Of a DNA stretch of 54,115 nt, positions 27,934 through 37,442 are shown in pieces. The notes under the pieces are model-generated. The model saw only the letters and a list, made by a program, of their open reading frames with translations, had not been told where the DNA came from and did not search any database. Source of the stretch: Actinomycetota bacterium (GTDB lineage Bacteria > Actinomycetota > Humimicrobiia > Humimicrobiales > Humimicrobiaceae); the NCBI GenBank assembly GCA_012837825.1, contig DUQM01000021.1, positions 1 to 54,115 on the forward strand, in the 5' to 3' direction. Numbering within the stretch: position 1 is the stretch's first letter; each line of letters starts with the position of its first letter. The translations under genes were made by a program, and so were the position numbers.

Positions 27934-29604
27934 TTGGGTAAAGAGATGCTTGTAAGCTCTGGAGATGGCGAAACCAGGGTAGCTATTCTTGACGACGGTC
28001 GCGTAACGGAACTTTATTTTGACAGAAAGTTCAAAAAATCAATAGTAGGCAATATTTATGTCGGAAAAGTTGAAAATGTCCTCCCAAGTCTTGATGCGGC
28101 TTTTGTAGATATTGGTGAAGAAAAAAATGCTTTCCTCTATATTAATGAGATTGCGCTTGATATGGATTTTGAGGAAAGTGAAGAAATGCATAAAAAAATT
28201 CAGCATATACTGAAACCTAATCAAAATATCGTTGTTCAGGTAACAAAAGATCCCATGAAAAGCAAAGGTGCCCGTCTTACTACTTTTATTTCAATTCCAG
28301 GGAGATACCTGGTTCTGGCACCGTTTAATGACGGAATAGGCGTATCAAGAAAGCTTAATGATGCTGAAAGAGAATCTCTGAGGCAGATTGCAAAAGAAAT
28401 AAAGCCCAGAGATTACGGCATTATAGTAAGGACTGCCGCAAGAAGTGCAGATAAAAATATATTAAAAAGAGATTTAAAAATACTAATGAGAACATGGAAC
28501 GAGATTCAGCGAAGGATTTCAAGGACAAACCATCCTTCTCTTATTATTAATGAGCAGCCTGTTGTGCTCAGAATACTCAGGGATATGTTTTCCAGTGAAT
28601 TTGATGCAATACATGTGGACAGTAAAGAAACAAAAAAAGATATCTCAAGATATCTCAGAAATATAGGAGTTGATTTTTCCAGACTTTATTTATTTAACGA
28701 ACCGGGTGATCTGTTTGAATATTTCAACGTAAATGAAGTGATTGAAAATGCAATAGAAAAAAGAGTCTGGCTGAAGTCAGGCGGCTTTATTGTAATAGAC
28801 TATGGGGAAGCTCTTACATCCATAGATGTAAATACCGGAAAATATACCTCAAACAAGAATGCATCGGATACCATACTAAGAACAAATCTTGAAGCAGCTG
28901 AAGTAATATGCGCTCAGTTAAAGCTCAGGGATATCGGCGGACTTATTGTGGTGGATTTTATAGACATGACAAGCGAGAAAGATAAGCAAAGGGTGCTGGA
29001 AAAATTCAAGCAGTGCCTGGATAAAGACAAAACCAAAACAGAGGTCCTTAATTTTTCAAAATTCGGACTACTGGAAATGACAAGAAAAAATGTTTCAGAC
29101 GGAATACTGGGTGCATTATGCAAACCATGTCCGTGCTGTTCCGGATCAGGATTTGTCAAATCAGAGGAAACGATTAAATATGAAATCGAAAGAAAAATAA
29201 GGACTGTTGCCATTAAAAACCCTGAAAAAGCATTTTTATTCAAATTAAATACTTCAATTGCATGCCAGATAATAGGCCAGGGCGGACGAAATCTTAAATT
29301 TCTGGAATCTTTAACAAAAAAACACATAATAATAAAAGGTGATAATGATCTGCCGATGGACGGAATGATATTGGCAGCAAAAGGGACATATAAAGAAGTT
29401 GATGATGCGGCAAAACCTTTTAAAATCGGTGACCAGATTGAACTTCTTGTTGAAGAGACCTATCTTCATAATTCCAATGACGCTCTTGCCAGGACAGATG
29501 GTTATATAATACAGATAATAAATGGCAAAAAATATATGGGCAAACGTATCACTGTAGAAATAATAGGTGTTTCAAAAACGAGTGCGGTTGCGAAAATAAT
29601 ATAA
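27934..29604 (+). CDS. rng: Rne/Rng family ribonuclease (RNase G-like)
   Basis: S1 domain GNIYVGKVENVLPSLDAAFVDIG and catalytic region SGGFIVIDYGEALTSIDVNTG...GLIVVDFIDM. Confidence 0.9.
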   Translation: MGKEMLVSSGDGETRVAILDDGRVTELYFDRKFKKSIVGNIYVGKVENVLPSLDAAFVDIGEEKNAFLYINEIALDMDFEESEEMHKKIQHILKPNQNIVVQVTKDPMKSKGARLTTFISIPGRYLVLAPFNDGIGVSRKLNDAERESLRQIAKEIKPRDYGIIVRTAARSADKNILKRDLKILMRTWNEIQRRISRTNHPSLIINEQPVVLRILRDMFSSEFDAIHVDSKETKKDISRYLRNIGVDFSRLYLFNEPGDLFEYFNVNEVIENAIEKRVWLKSGGFIVIDYGEALTSIDVNTGKYTSNKNASDTILRTNLEAAEVICAQLKLRDIGGLIVVDFIDMTSEKDKQRVLEKFKQCLDKDKTKTEVLNFSKFGLLEMTRKNVSDGILGALCKPCPCCSGSGFVKSEETIKYEIERKIRTVAIKNPEKAFLFKLNTSIACQIIGQGGRNLKFLESLTKKHIIIKGDNDLPMDGMILAAKGTYKEVDDAAKPFKIGDQIELLVEETYLHNSNDALARTDGYIIQIINGKKYMGKRITVEIIGVSKTSAVAKII

Positions 29605-29622
29605 ATTACTGCTAAACAATGT

Positions 29623-29652
29623 TTGACATTAAAATTATTGCTGTGTTAATAT
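29623..29652 (+). promoter_or_regulatory. putative promoter for rplU-rpmA (TTGACA-18-TAATAT)
   Basis: TTGACA at 29623-29628 and TAATAT at 29647-29652. Confidence 0.4.
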
Positions 29653-29703
29653 CATCTTTTGTGATTTTATATTGATATTTTAATAATATTATGTAAAATA
29701 TCG

Positions 29704-30075
29704 TTGCCGGTTTTTAATTATAAGTATTTATTTCTTTTTAATAAGAGGAGGCCCAAAATTTACGCGATAATAACAAGTGGGGGTAAACAATATAAAGTTA
29801 CTGAAAATTCTAATATAGTTTTGGAAAGAATTGAAGGTAATGAAGGCGATAAAGTTAAAATAACTGATGTAAATCTGTTTAGCGACGGAGATAAAATAGA
29901 AATAGGAAGCCCATCTTTATCAGATGTGGTTATTGAAGGTACGATAAAAAAACAGTTCAGGGGCGATAAAGTAATTGCCTATAAATATAAATCAAAAAAA
30001 AGATATCATAGAAAAGTAGGACACAGACAGAATCTTACTTTATTAAGCCTTGATAAGATAAGTGTTAAGAAATAG
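29704..30075 (+). CDS. rplU: 50S ribosomal protein L21 (probable true start ATT at 29758)
   Basis: YAIITSGGKQYKV. AGGAGG at 29745-29750 sits 7 nt before ATT 29758, which aligns with Met1 of canonical L21 (MYAI...). The 18 codons from TTG 29704 have no L21 counterpart. Confidence 0.9.
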   Translation: MPVFNYKYLFLFNKRRPKIYAIITSGGKQYKVTENSNIVLERIEGNEGDKVKITDVNLFSDGDKIEIGSPSLSDVVIEGTIKKQFRGDKVIAYKYKSKKRYHRKVGHRQNLTLLSLDKISVKK

Positions 30076-30084
30076 GGAGTAGGT

Positions 30085-30336
30085 ATGGCAAGCAAAAAAG
30101 GTGTTGGAAGTTCAAGAAACGGAAGAGACAGCAATCCAAAATATCTCGGAATAAAATTATTTGCAGGCCAGACTGCAAAGGCAGGAAGCATTATACTCAG
30201 ACAGAGGGGTTCTAAATACCGACCGGGAAATAATGTAGGTATGGGAAGAGATTTTACTCTTTTTGCCAAAGCTGACGGTATTATTGAGTTTGTAAAAAAT
30301 TCCAAAAAGGGAAAAGTAGTTAATATAATAAGTTAA
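30085..30336 (+). CDS. rpmA: 50S ribosomal protein L27 (no N-terminal propeptide)
   Basis: [19 protein letters not shown]. Confidence 0.95.
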   Translation: MASKKGVGSSRNGRDSNPKYLGIKLFAGQTAKAGSIILRQRGSKYRPGNNVGMGRDFTLFAKADGIIEFVKNSKKGKVVNIIS

Positions 30337-30417
30337 TCAATTTTTTTGAAAAGCCTGTAATTAAAATTATAAAAGTGTATTACAGCTTTAAAAAATCAAT
30401 ATAATTATTAATATAAA

Positions 30418-30447
30418 ATCGGGCATATTTTACTGCTCGATTTTTTT
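30418..30447 (+). terminator. putative rho-independent terminator after rpmA
   Basis: Stem AUCGGGCA / UGCUCGAU (8 bp including one G-U), 8-nt loop, then a T run. Confidence 0.45.
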
Positions 30448-30470
30448 ATAATCTGTTTTAATATCCGAAT

Positions 30471-31781
30471 ATGTTTTTGGATGAAGCAAAAATAAATATA
30501 AAACCAGGGGACGGCGGTTCCGGAAGCGCATCTTTTTTTGTTCTCAAAGACCGGAAAAAAAAGATTGCATGTGGAGGAAACGGCGGACGCGGAGGAGATG
30601 TGATATTTAAGGCCTCTTCTAATGTAAGCACATTATATAATTTTAAGAATAAGGTGCATTACAAAGCCGGAAATGGTGGGAACGGCGCTTCAAACAAAAA
30701 GGCCGGCAGAAACGGAGAGAACCTCATAATCCAGGTTCCCATCGGGACAATCATTAAAAGCGCAGACAAAGAAATGCTTGCCGACCTTGAGGAAGAAAAC
30801 GCGGAATTTGTTGCAGCCAGGGGCGGTATAGGAGGAAGAGGAAATGCCAGTTTTGTCTCCCAGAGGCTGAAGTTTCCCTCATTTGCTGAAAAAGGCGAAA
30901 AAACAGAAGAACAGTGGATAGAGCTGGAGCTGAGACTGCTTGCAGATGTAGCTCTTGTCGGATATCCCAATGCAGGAAAATCAACGCTCATAAGCAGGAT
31001 TTCAAATGCAAGGCCCAAGATAGCGGATTATCCTTTTACAACCCTGGTGCCGAATCTTGGGGTAGTTTATTCAAATGATACAAATTATGTAGTTGCAGAT
31101 ATTCCGGGCATCATCAAGGGGTCTCATGCAGGAGTTGGACTTGGAGATAAATTTTTAAGACACATAATGAGAGCCATATTCAATGTATTTGTGCTTGATA
31201 TCGAATACGCCACATTAAATGATATAGATATTTCTAAAAATTTTTTTGAACTGAGGCAGGAGCTTAAATTATTTGATAAAAAATTATATGAAAGAAATTA
31301 TATAGTTGCAGTAAACAAAATAGATATTCTTCCGGACAGAGCGGTTCTTGAGGAGCTTGAAAAAAAGCTTAAAAAACATACAGACGGGGATATAATTTTT
31401 ATTTCTGCTTTTACAGGAGAAAATATTGATATCTTTATTAAAACTCTTACCAGAAGAGTTAAAGAGGAAAAAGAAAAGATTTACAAAAATGTTCTTAATA
31501 AAGAAAAAGAAGATGATGCTATAAAAGCAGTATATACTTTGGAAGAAGATGAATATTCAACAGACACCCTTGAAGTAAAAAATGTTAATGGTGAATATGT
31601 CGTCAGGAATAAGGGACTTAAAAGAATGATATCCATGACCAATCTTGAAAATGAAGAAGCTCTTATATATTTGAGGAATAAATTAAAAAAAATGGGTATT
31701 GGTGATAAACTTAAAAAAATGGGCATTCCTGAAGGTTCAACGATAATAATCGGTGAACTGGTCTTTGAACTTGTCGAATAA
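30471..31781 (+). CDS. obg: GTPase Obg
   Basis: Glycine-rich Obg fold (GDGGSGSASF, GGNGGRGGD), G1 GYPNAGKSTL, DIPGII, C-terminal OCT domain. Confidence 0.95.
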   Translation: MFLDEAKINIKPGDGGSGSASFFVLKDRKKKIACGGNGGRGGDVIFKASSNVSTLYNFKNKVHYKAGNGGNGASNKKAGRNGENLIIQVPIGTIIKSADKEMLADLEEENAEFVAARGGIGGRGNASFVSQRLKFPSFAEKGEKTEEQWIELELRLLADVALVGYPNAGKSTLISRISNARPKIADYPFTTLVPNLGVVYSNDTNYVVADIPGIIKGSHAGVGLGDKFLRHIMRAIFNVFVLDIEYATLNDIDISKNFFELRQELKLFDKKLYERNYIVAVNKIDILPDRAVLEELEKKLKKHTDGDIIFISAFTGENIDIFIKTLTRRVKEEKEKIYKNVLNKEKEDDAIKAVYTLEEDEYSTDTLEVKNVNGEYVVRNKGLKRMISMTNLENEEALIYLRNKLKKMGIGDKLKKMGIPEGSTIIIGELVFELVE

Positions 31782-31787
31782 ATCTAA

Positions 31788-32930
31788 GTGCATAAATTGG
31801 AAGAAATAAGAAAAAAACACTTAAAAAGAATTAAGAAAGTTGTTGTAAAAATCGGTTCAAGCAGCCTGACTTCTCCTGTTGGCGGGCTTGATATGGATAA
31901 CCTCATGAAATTTACTTCTGAGATTTCCGATCTGTGGGATGAAGGTCTGAAAACCATCATAGTTACAAGCGGAGCTATTGCAGCAGGCATAAAATATCTC
32001 GGACTTAATGAAAAACCAAAAAAATTTCCAGAGCTGCAGGCAGTAGCAGCTGTAGGCCAGCATGATCTTATGAGAGTATACAGCAGCTTTTTTTATAAAA
32101 TGGATAAAAAAGTCGGCCAGATTCTTTTATCAAGAGAAGATACTACAAAAAGAGAACAGTATCTTAATATAAAAAATACCATAATTACACTTCTGGATAT
32201 GAATGTTATACCGATAATCAATGAAAATGACAGTGTGGCACTGGATGAAATCAAGTTTGGTGATAATGATACACTGGCTGCTCTTGTTGCCGGGCTGATA
32301 GAAGCGGATCTTTTGATAATTCTGTCAGATATTGATGGTCTTTATTCCGGAAATCCACAAGTTTTTAAGAACGCTGAACTGATTTCAGTTGTCAGTTCTA
32401 TTACAGAAGATATTGAAAAAATAGCCGGCGGGATCGGCTCAAGCTATGGTTCAGGAGGGATGATAACAAAAATAAGAGCCGCCAGGATATGTTCTTTTTC
32501 AGGAATACCGATGGCAATAGCGAACAGTCGTAAAGAAAATATATTGAAAAGAATACTTTCAGGAATTGATATCGGAACTTTTTTTGTTCCGGAAGAATCA
32601 AAAAAAGTTGCAAGTGTTAAAAGATGGATAGCCTTTGGTATGATAACAAAAGGCTCTATAAAGGTTGACAGGGGGGCTGAAGAAGCAATAGTGAGAAAAG
32701 GGAAGAGCCTTCTTCCGGTAGGGGTACTGGAGGTAAGCGGGAAATTTATCAAGGGAGATAATATAGCGATAATTGCAAGTGACGACAGAACCATTGCAAA
32801 AGGAATAACAAATTTTACAAGCGACGAAATATTAAAAATAAAGGGCAAAAGAGAGAAAAATATACTGGAGGAATTCGGCTGCAGCCTCTGCTGTGAAATA
32901 GTGCACAGGGACAGTATGTTTGTTTTATGA
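31788..32930 (+). CDS. proB: glutamate 5-kinase with PUA domain
   Basis: VVKIGSSSLT, NENDSV, FGDNDTLAA, and C-terminal PUA-like segment. Confidence 0.9.
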   Translation: MHKLEEIRKKHLKRIKKVVVKIGSSSLTSPVGGLDMDNLMKFTSEISDLWDEGLKTIIVTSGAIAAGIKYLGLNEKPKKFPELQAVAAVGQHDLMRVYSSFFYKMDKKVGQILLSREDTTKREQYLNIKNTIITLLDMNVIPIINENDSVALDEIKFGDNDTLAALVAGLIEADLLIILSDIDGLYSGNPQVFKNAELISVVSSITEDIEKIAGGIGSSYGSGGMITKIRAARICSFSGIPMAIANSRKENILKRILSGIDIGTFFVPEESKKVASVKRWIAFGMITKGSIKVDRGAEEAIVRKGKSLLPVGVLEVSGKFIKGDNIAIIASDDRTIAKGITNFTSDEILKIKGKREKNILEEFGCSLCCEIVHRDSMFVL

Positions 32931-32959
32931 TTTTATCACATTCCGGGTGAGGAGATCAG

Positions 32960-34210
32960 ATGAGTATAGTTTATGATATTGCAAAGAAAGCCAGGGAAGC
33001 ATCATATTTTCTGGCAAGCGCAAGCACTGCTGCTAAAAATCAGGTTCTTAAAGATATATCGGATGCACTGATTGAAAAATCACCTGATATTATAGAGGCA
33101 AACAAAAAAGACTGTGAAACAGCAAAAGGCAGCATAAGTGAAAGCATGCTTGACAGACTGACCTTAAATAATGAAAGAATAAAATCAATTTCTGGGAGCA
33201 TACTGGATGTAATATCGTTAAATGATCCTGTGGGGGAAGTAATTTTCGGATATGATCTCCCAAATGGCCTGATTCTTAAAAATATCAGAGTTCCTTTTGG
33301 TGTGATAGGCATGATTTTTGAAGCAAGACCTAATGTTACTGTGGACTCTGCAGTTCTCTGCCTTAAAGCCGGAAGTGCGGTAGTTCTAAGGGGAAGCTCA
33401 AATGCCCTGAACACAAATCTTAAAGTAGTTGAAATCATGAGACAATGCCTGAAAGAAAATAACTTTCCTGCAGATCTGATTCAGCTCATTCCCACAGCTT
33501 CAAGAGAAGATGTCCGGGAAATGATGTCTCTGCGGCAATATATCGATGTGCTTATACCCAGAGGAGGCAGAAGCCTTATTGAAAGCGTGGTAAAAAATTC
33601 AAATATCCCTGTAATTGAAACAGGGATAGGCAATTGCCACATATATATTGATTCCATATTCAGTTTAAGTGAAAAACAGGTAATTGATATTGTAATAAAT
33701 GCCAAGACCCAGAGACCGAGCGTATGTAATGCGGCAGAAAAGCTGCTGATACATAGATCAGTGCTTGAGAGTACGGGAAAGGCTGTCATAGATGCGCTAA
33801 GAGAAAAGAATGTAATAATAAAGGGCTGCCCTTCAATAGCTGGGATTTATGAAGATATTGAACCTGCACAGGAAGAAGACTGGTATGAAGAATATCTTGA
33901 CCTTAAAATGGCTGTAAAGGTTGTTGAAAGTACAAAAGAAGCAGTTGAGCATATAAATAAATACGGTTCAATGCATTCTGATTCAATAATCACATCCGAC
34001 TATGAAAATGCCATGTATTTCACTTCAAATGTAGACTCGTCTACAGTATATGTAAATGCTTCGACAAGATTTACGGACGGCGGCCAGTTCGGAATGGGCG
34101 CGGAAATTGGAATAAGCACCCAAAAGCTTCATTTCAGGGGCCCCATGGGCCTGAGGCAGATAACTGCAAATAAATTTATTGTCTATGGAAACGGGCAGAT
34201 AAGGAAATGA
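32960..34210 (+). CDS. proA: glutamate-5-semialdehyde dehydrogenase
   Basis: IFEARPNVT, catalytic Cys context PSVCNAAEKLLIH, VNASTRFTDGGQFG. Confidence 0.95.
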   Translation: MSIVYDIAKKAREASYFLASASTAAKNQVLKDISDALIEKSPDIIEANKKDCETAKGSISESMLDRLTLNNERIKSISGSILDVISLNDPVGEVIFGYDLPNGLILKNIRVPFGVIGMIFEARPNVTVDSAVLCLKAGSAVVLRGSSNALNTNLKVVEIMRQCLKENNFPADLIQLIPTASREDVREMMSLRQYIDVLIPRGGRSLIESVVKNSNIPVIETGIGNCHIYIDSIFSLSEKQVIDIVINAKTQRPSVCNAAEKLLIHRSVLESTGKAVIDALREKNVIIKGCPSIAGIYEDIEPAQEEDWYEEYLDLKMAVKVVESTKEAVEHINKYGSMHSDSIITSDYENAMYFTSNVDSSTVYVNASTRFTDGGQFGMGAEIGISTQKLHFRGPMGLRQITANKFIVYGNGQIRK

Positions 34211-34215
34211 AATAA

Positions 34216-34830
34216 ATGAAGATAGGAATAATGGGCGGAACTTTTAATCCCATACATCACGGCCATCTGGTGACTGCAGCAGAAGCATTAAACCAGTTCA
34301 GTCTGGAAAAAGTAATCTTCATACCTTCGGGAGATCCTCCGCACAAAGACTATCATGAGGAAGAAATCGCCGAACACAGATATCTTATGACCGTCATCGC
34401 AACATCTTCAAACAGTAATTTTTTGGTCTCAAGGACAGAAATAGACAGAAAGGGAAAATCCTATACAATAGACACATTAAAAGAATTAAAGAAAACATAT
34501 GGTGAGAGTGCGGAATTCTTTTTTATAACGGGCGCTGATGCTATTCTTGAGATTCTCACATGGAAAAAAACTAAGGAGATAATTAATCTCTGCTATATGA
34601 TTGCTGCTACAAGACCCGGTTACAATCTGCTTAAGCTGGAGGAATTAAAGAAAGATCTCCACGGAATAACCGGAAATAATGTTGACAGCAGAATACTTGT
34701 TATGGAAGTTCCTGCTCTTGCCATTTCTTCTACAGATATAAGAGAAAGGGTAAGAGGGGGCAGGCCGATAGACTACCTTGTACCTGAAGGAGTCAGCAAA
34801 TACATATTCAAACATGGATTATATTTATAA
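34216..34830 (+). CDS. nadD: nicotinate-nucleotide adenylyltransferase
   Basis: GGTFNPIHHGH, ISSTDIR. Confidence 0.9.
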   Translation: MKIGIMGGTFNPIHHGHLVTAAEALNQFSLEKVIFIPSGDPPHKDYHEEEIAEHRYLMTVIATSSNSNFLVSRTEIDRKGKSYTIDTLKELKKTYGESAEFFFITGADAILEILTWKKTKEIINLCYMIAATRPGYNLLKLEELKKDLHGITGNNVDSRILVMEVPALAISSTDIRERVRGGRPIDYLVPEGVSKYIFKHGLYL

Positions 34831-35458
34831 ATTAAAAACGGGCGAAGAAGAAAAGAACATTATAAGAAATTATGACATTCTGATTAAAAAGAATCTTGAC
34901 CCGGATCTTTATCGGCATTCAGTAAATACATTAAAATATGCCTCTATGCTTTCAGAAAGGAATAATGTCAGTGCGGGAGACTATTTCAGGATATGCTCAG
35001 CTTCAATTCTGCATGATTATGGCAAAAAGCTTGCTATTAATGCACAAAGGGCAATTGCTTTAAAGAATAAAGACAAGATAAAGATAAAATCTGAGGATTT
35101 GGAAATAGATGCACTTCTGCACGGATTCAGCGGTTCATTTCTTATAGAGGAGGAGCTTGGTATTGAAGACAGAAAAATAATTGAAGCAGTAAAATACCAC
35201 ACTACCGGGAAACTTGGAATGGATTTGGTTGACAAAATAGTTTATATATCGGATAAAATAGAATACGGCAGACAATATGAAGATATAGATTACTTAAGGG
35301 AAATATCTTTAAAAAATATTGATTTATGTTTACTAGAAGTTTATAAAAATAATATAATTTATATAATAAGAAGAAATAAAAGTTTTTACAGCCAGACTTT
35401 TAATATTTGGAATAATATCTGTAGACTTTATGGAGGTTTTTCAGATGGCCCCAGATGA
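34814..35458 (+). CDS. yqeK: HD-domain bis(5'-nucleosyl)-tetraphosphatase YqeK
   Basis: HS...ILHDYGK HD motif, and position after nadD. ATG 34814 is preferred (the ORF opens at 34778). Confidence 0.8.
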   Translation: MDYIYKLKTGEEEKNIIRNYDILIKKNLDPDLYRHSVNTLKYASMLSERNNVSAGDYFRICSASILHDYGKKLAINAQRAIALKNKDKIKIKSEDLEIDALLHGFSGSFLIEEELGIEDRKIIEAVKYHTTGKLGMDLVDKIVYISDKIEYGRQYEDIDYLREISLKNIDLCLLEVYKNNIIYIIRRNKSFYSQTFNIWNNICRLYGGFSDGPR

Positions 35459-37442
35459 TAGAAGATTCAATGATGATGATTACTTCTCAGACAGAAAAAA
35501 GGATGACTACTTTTTCGAAAAAGAGAAAGATCAGGACAGAGACAATTATTACAGGGGAAAGCACGGAAGTAGTTTTAAAAAAAATAATTTCTATGACGAT
35601 GATTATGAAAAAGAAAATTTCGAAAGAGAAGACTTCGGGAGGAATGATTACGACAAAGATGTTTATGATAAAAGTAATTATGACAAGAATTATTATGATG
35701 AAGATGATTATAAATATGGTTCCAGGAAGGATAATAGGGATCTGAACAGATATAAAGACAGGTTTGCAGATGATTTCTTCAAGGATGATGATTTTAATTA
35801 TTCAGACAATGAAGATGTTCCTTCAGGGATAGATCCTGATGAGTACTCAACGAGAACAAGAAAAATAAAGCAGAAAAAAAGAAAAAGAAAAATCATATCT
35901 TCTGCAATTATTATATTTATAATAATTGCAATAATCGCAGTCGGAGCTTTTTTCCTTTTCAAATTCTTTAAAAACAAATTTTCAGCCGGGGAGGGCGAAA
36001 CAACTACTTCTGTGAATGAACCTATCGATGTTCCGGCAAATCTTGCACTTACGGAAGATATAAGCATGGTAGTTGCAGGAGCAAGAGAAAATCTTCTTGA
36101 ACCGGATATCAATTTTATTTTTTATTCCCGATTTGACAGCAAAGTCAACAAGCTGACAAGTCTGACCATTCCGGTCAATACTTTGATGGATATACCCGGA
36201 TTCGGGCTTGAAAGCACTGACAAAGCAGTTGAATTCGGAGGAATGGATCTTCTGATGCTTACACTGAAGAAAGCTCTTGCCATGGATGTGAACAGATATA
36301 TTATTTTTGATATAAAAAGCATAGTTGACAAAATCGGTGGAGTTAATATAAATCTTGATTCCGATCTGATTATAAACAATTTTGAAAATGATGAAGAAAT
36401 AGCACTACAGGCAGGAGACAACAAATTAAACGGGACAGCAGCAGTGAGCTATCTGAAATATTACAGCGGAACGGTAAAAGATGTACCTATAAACCAGACA
36501 GTCAATCAGAAAAAAGTATTCGATGCAATACTTATAGCTGTGAATGGTGAAAATGATGAAGATCTTCAGAAGAATCTGAATTCTGTTTCAAATTTTTATG
36601 AGACCAATCTCTCTGATGAAGAAATATTCCAGCTGTTTTCAACGTTTGCAAAACTGCCGGCTGAAAGCAATTCAGCCTATCCTCTGGATGTGACCTCTGT
36701 TGAGCTTGAGGGAGGAAATATCTTCTATGTGCCGGATATATCAAGACTAAGTTCTATTTTTGATGTACAGCAACCGGGAACAGAAATTGCAATATTTAAT
36801 CAAGTTACTGCTGACCTGCAGATACTTAACGGAGTCGGAACTCCGGGTATAGCCGGCAAGGTAAGCGGCCTGTTTAAAGATTTAAAATATAATGACGGGA
36901 CTGCAAAGTTTAATGTTCTTCAGGCAAAGGATGCTGATAATTATAACTATGCTGCTACGCAGATAGTCGTTAATTCTTCAGATGCAAGCTATATGGCTCT
37001 TGCAGAAGAAATTAAAACAATATTAAAAGCAGGTAATATAACTCAGAACAGCGATGCTCCGACACAGAACATCGTAATAATAATCGGAGCCGATTATGGA
37101 AAAGAACAGACAAGCGAAACGACAGCCCAGCAGGGAGAAGCTGTTAAAATAAACATACTGAACGGTGTCGGTACAGCGGGTCTTGCAGGCAAAGCAAAAG
37201 CCCAGCTTGAGAAAAATCTTAATTCAGTACAAAAGCTGATAGAGGTATCAGAAGTCAAAGATGCGGCTAATTTCAATTACGCGGAAACAGAAATAATATT
37301 TTTTGAAAATACCGATCTTATAAATAATATTGCTCAACAGATACAGAAAGAACTGGGCGCAGGGGTTATCAAATATTCCGACAGTAATCCGGATAATGTC
37401 AAGATAAGTGTTATACTTGGCAAAGATTATACTGCAAAGTGA
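35445..37442 (+). CDS. LytR-CpsA-Psr (LCP)-like membrane protein with D/Y/K-rich cytoplasmic tail and two LytR_C domains
   Basis: Single TM (IISSAIIIFIIIAIIAVGAFFLF), an LCP-like core (IPVNTLMDIPGFG...GGVNINL), and two ILNGVGT(P/A)G(I/L)AGK LytR_C repeats. ATG 35445 follows GGAGG (an alternative start is ATG 35430). Confidence 0.75.
   Translation: MAPDDRRFNDDDYFSDRKKDDYFFEKEKDQDRDNYYRGKHGSSFKKNNFYDDDYEKENFEREDFGRNDYDKDVYDKSNYDKNYYDEDDYKYGSRKDNRDLNRYKDRFADDFFKDDDFNYSDNEDVPSGIDPDEYSTRTRKIKQKKRKRKIISSAIIIFIIIAIIAVGAFFLFKFFKNKFSAGEGETTTSVNEPIDVPANLALTEDISMVVAGARENLLEPDINFIFYSRFDSKVNKLTSLTIPVNTLMDIPGFGLESTDKAVEFGGMDLLMLTLKKALAMDVNRYIIFDIKSIVDKIGGVNINLDSDLIINNFENDEEIALQAGDNKLNGTAAVSYLKYYSGTVKDVPINQTVNQKKVFDAILIAVNGENDEDLQKNLNSVSNFYETNLSDEEIFQLFSTFAKLPAESNSAYPLDVTSVELEGGNIFYVPDISRLSSIFDVQQPGTEIAIFNQVTADLQILNGVGTPGIAGKVSGLFKDLKYNDGTAKFNVLQAKDADNYNYAATQIVVNSSDASYMALAEEIKTILKAGNITQNSDAPTQNIVIIIGADYGKEQTSETTAQQGEAVKINILNGVGTAGLAGKAKAQLEKNLNSVQKLIEVSEVKDAANFNYAETEIIFFENTDLINNIAQQIQKELGAGVIKYSDSNPDNVKISVILGKDYTAK

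Noticed and set aside
31660-31730. Apparent in-frame duplication KLKKMGI...KLKKMGI in the Obg C-terminus
   Set aside because: It matches the normal two-helix pattern of the Obg C-terminal (OCT) domain (L-x-K-x-G-hydrophobic twice) and is not a recent duplication. The DNA of the two segments is not identical.
35455-35745. Alternative-frame Met-rich ORF (96 aa) inside the 5' part of the LCP gene
   Set aside because: It arises from the GAT/GAA/TAT-rich low-complexity coding repeat read in another frame. It has no RBS and an implausible composition.
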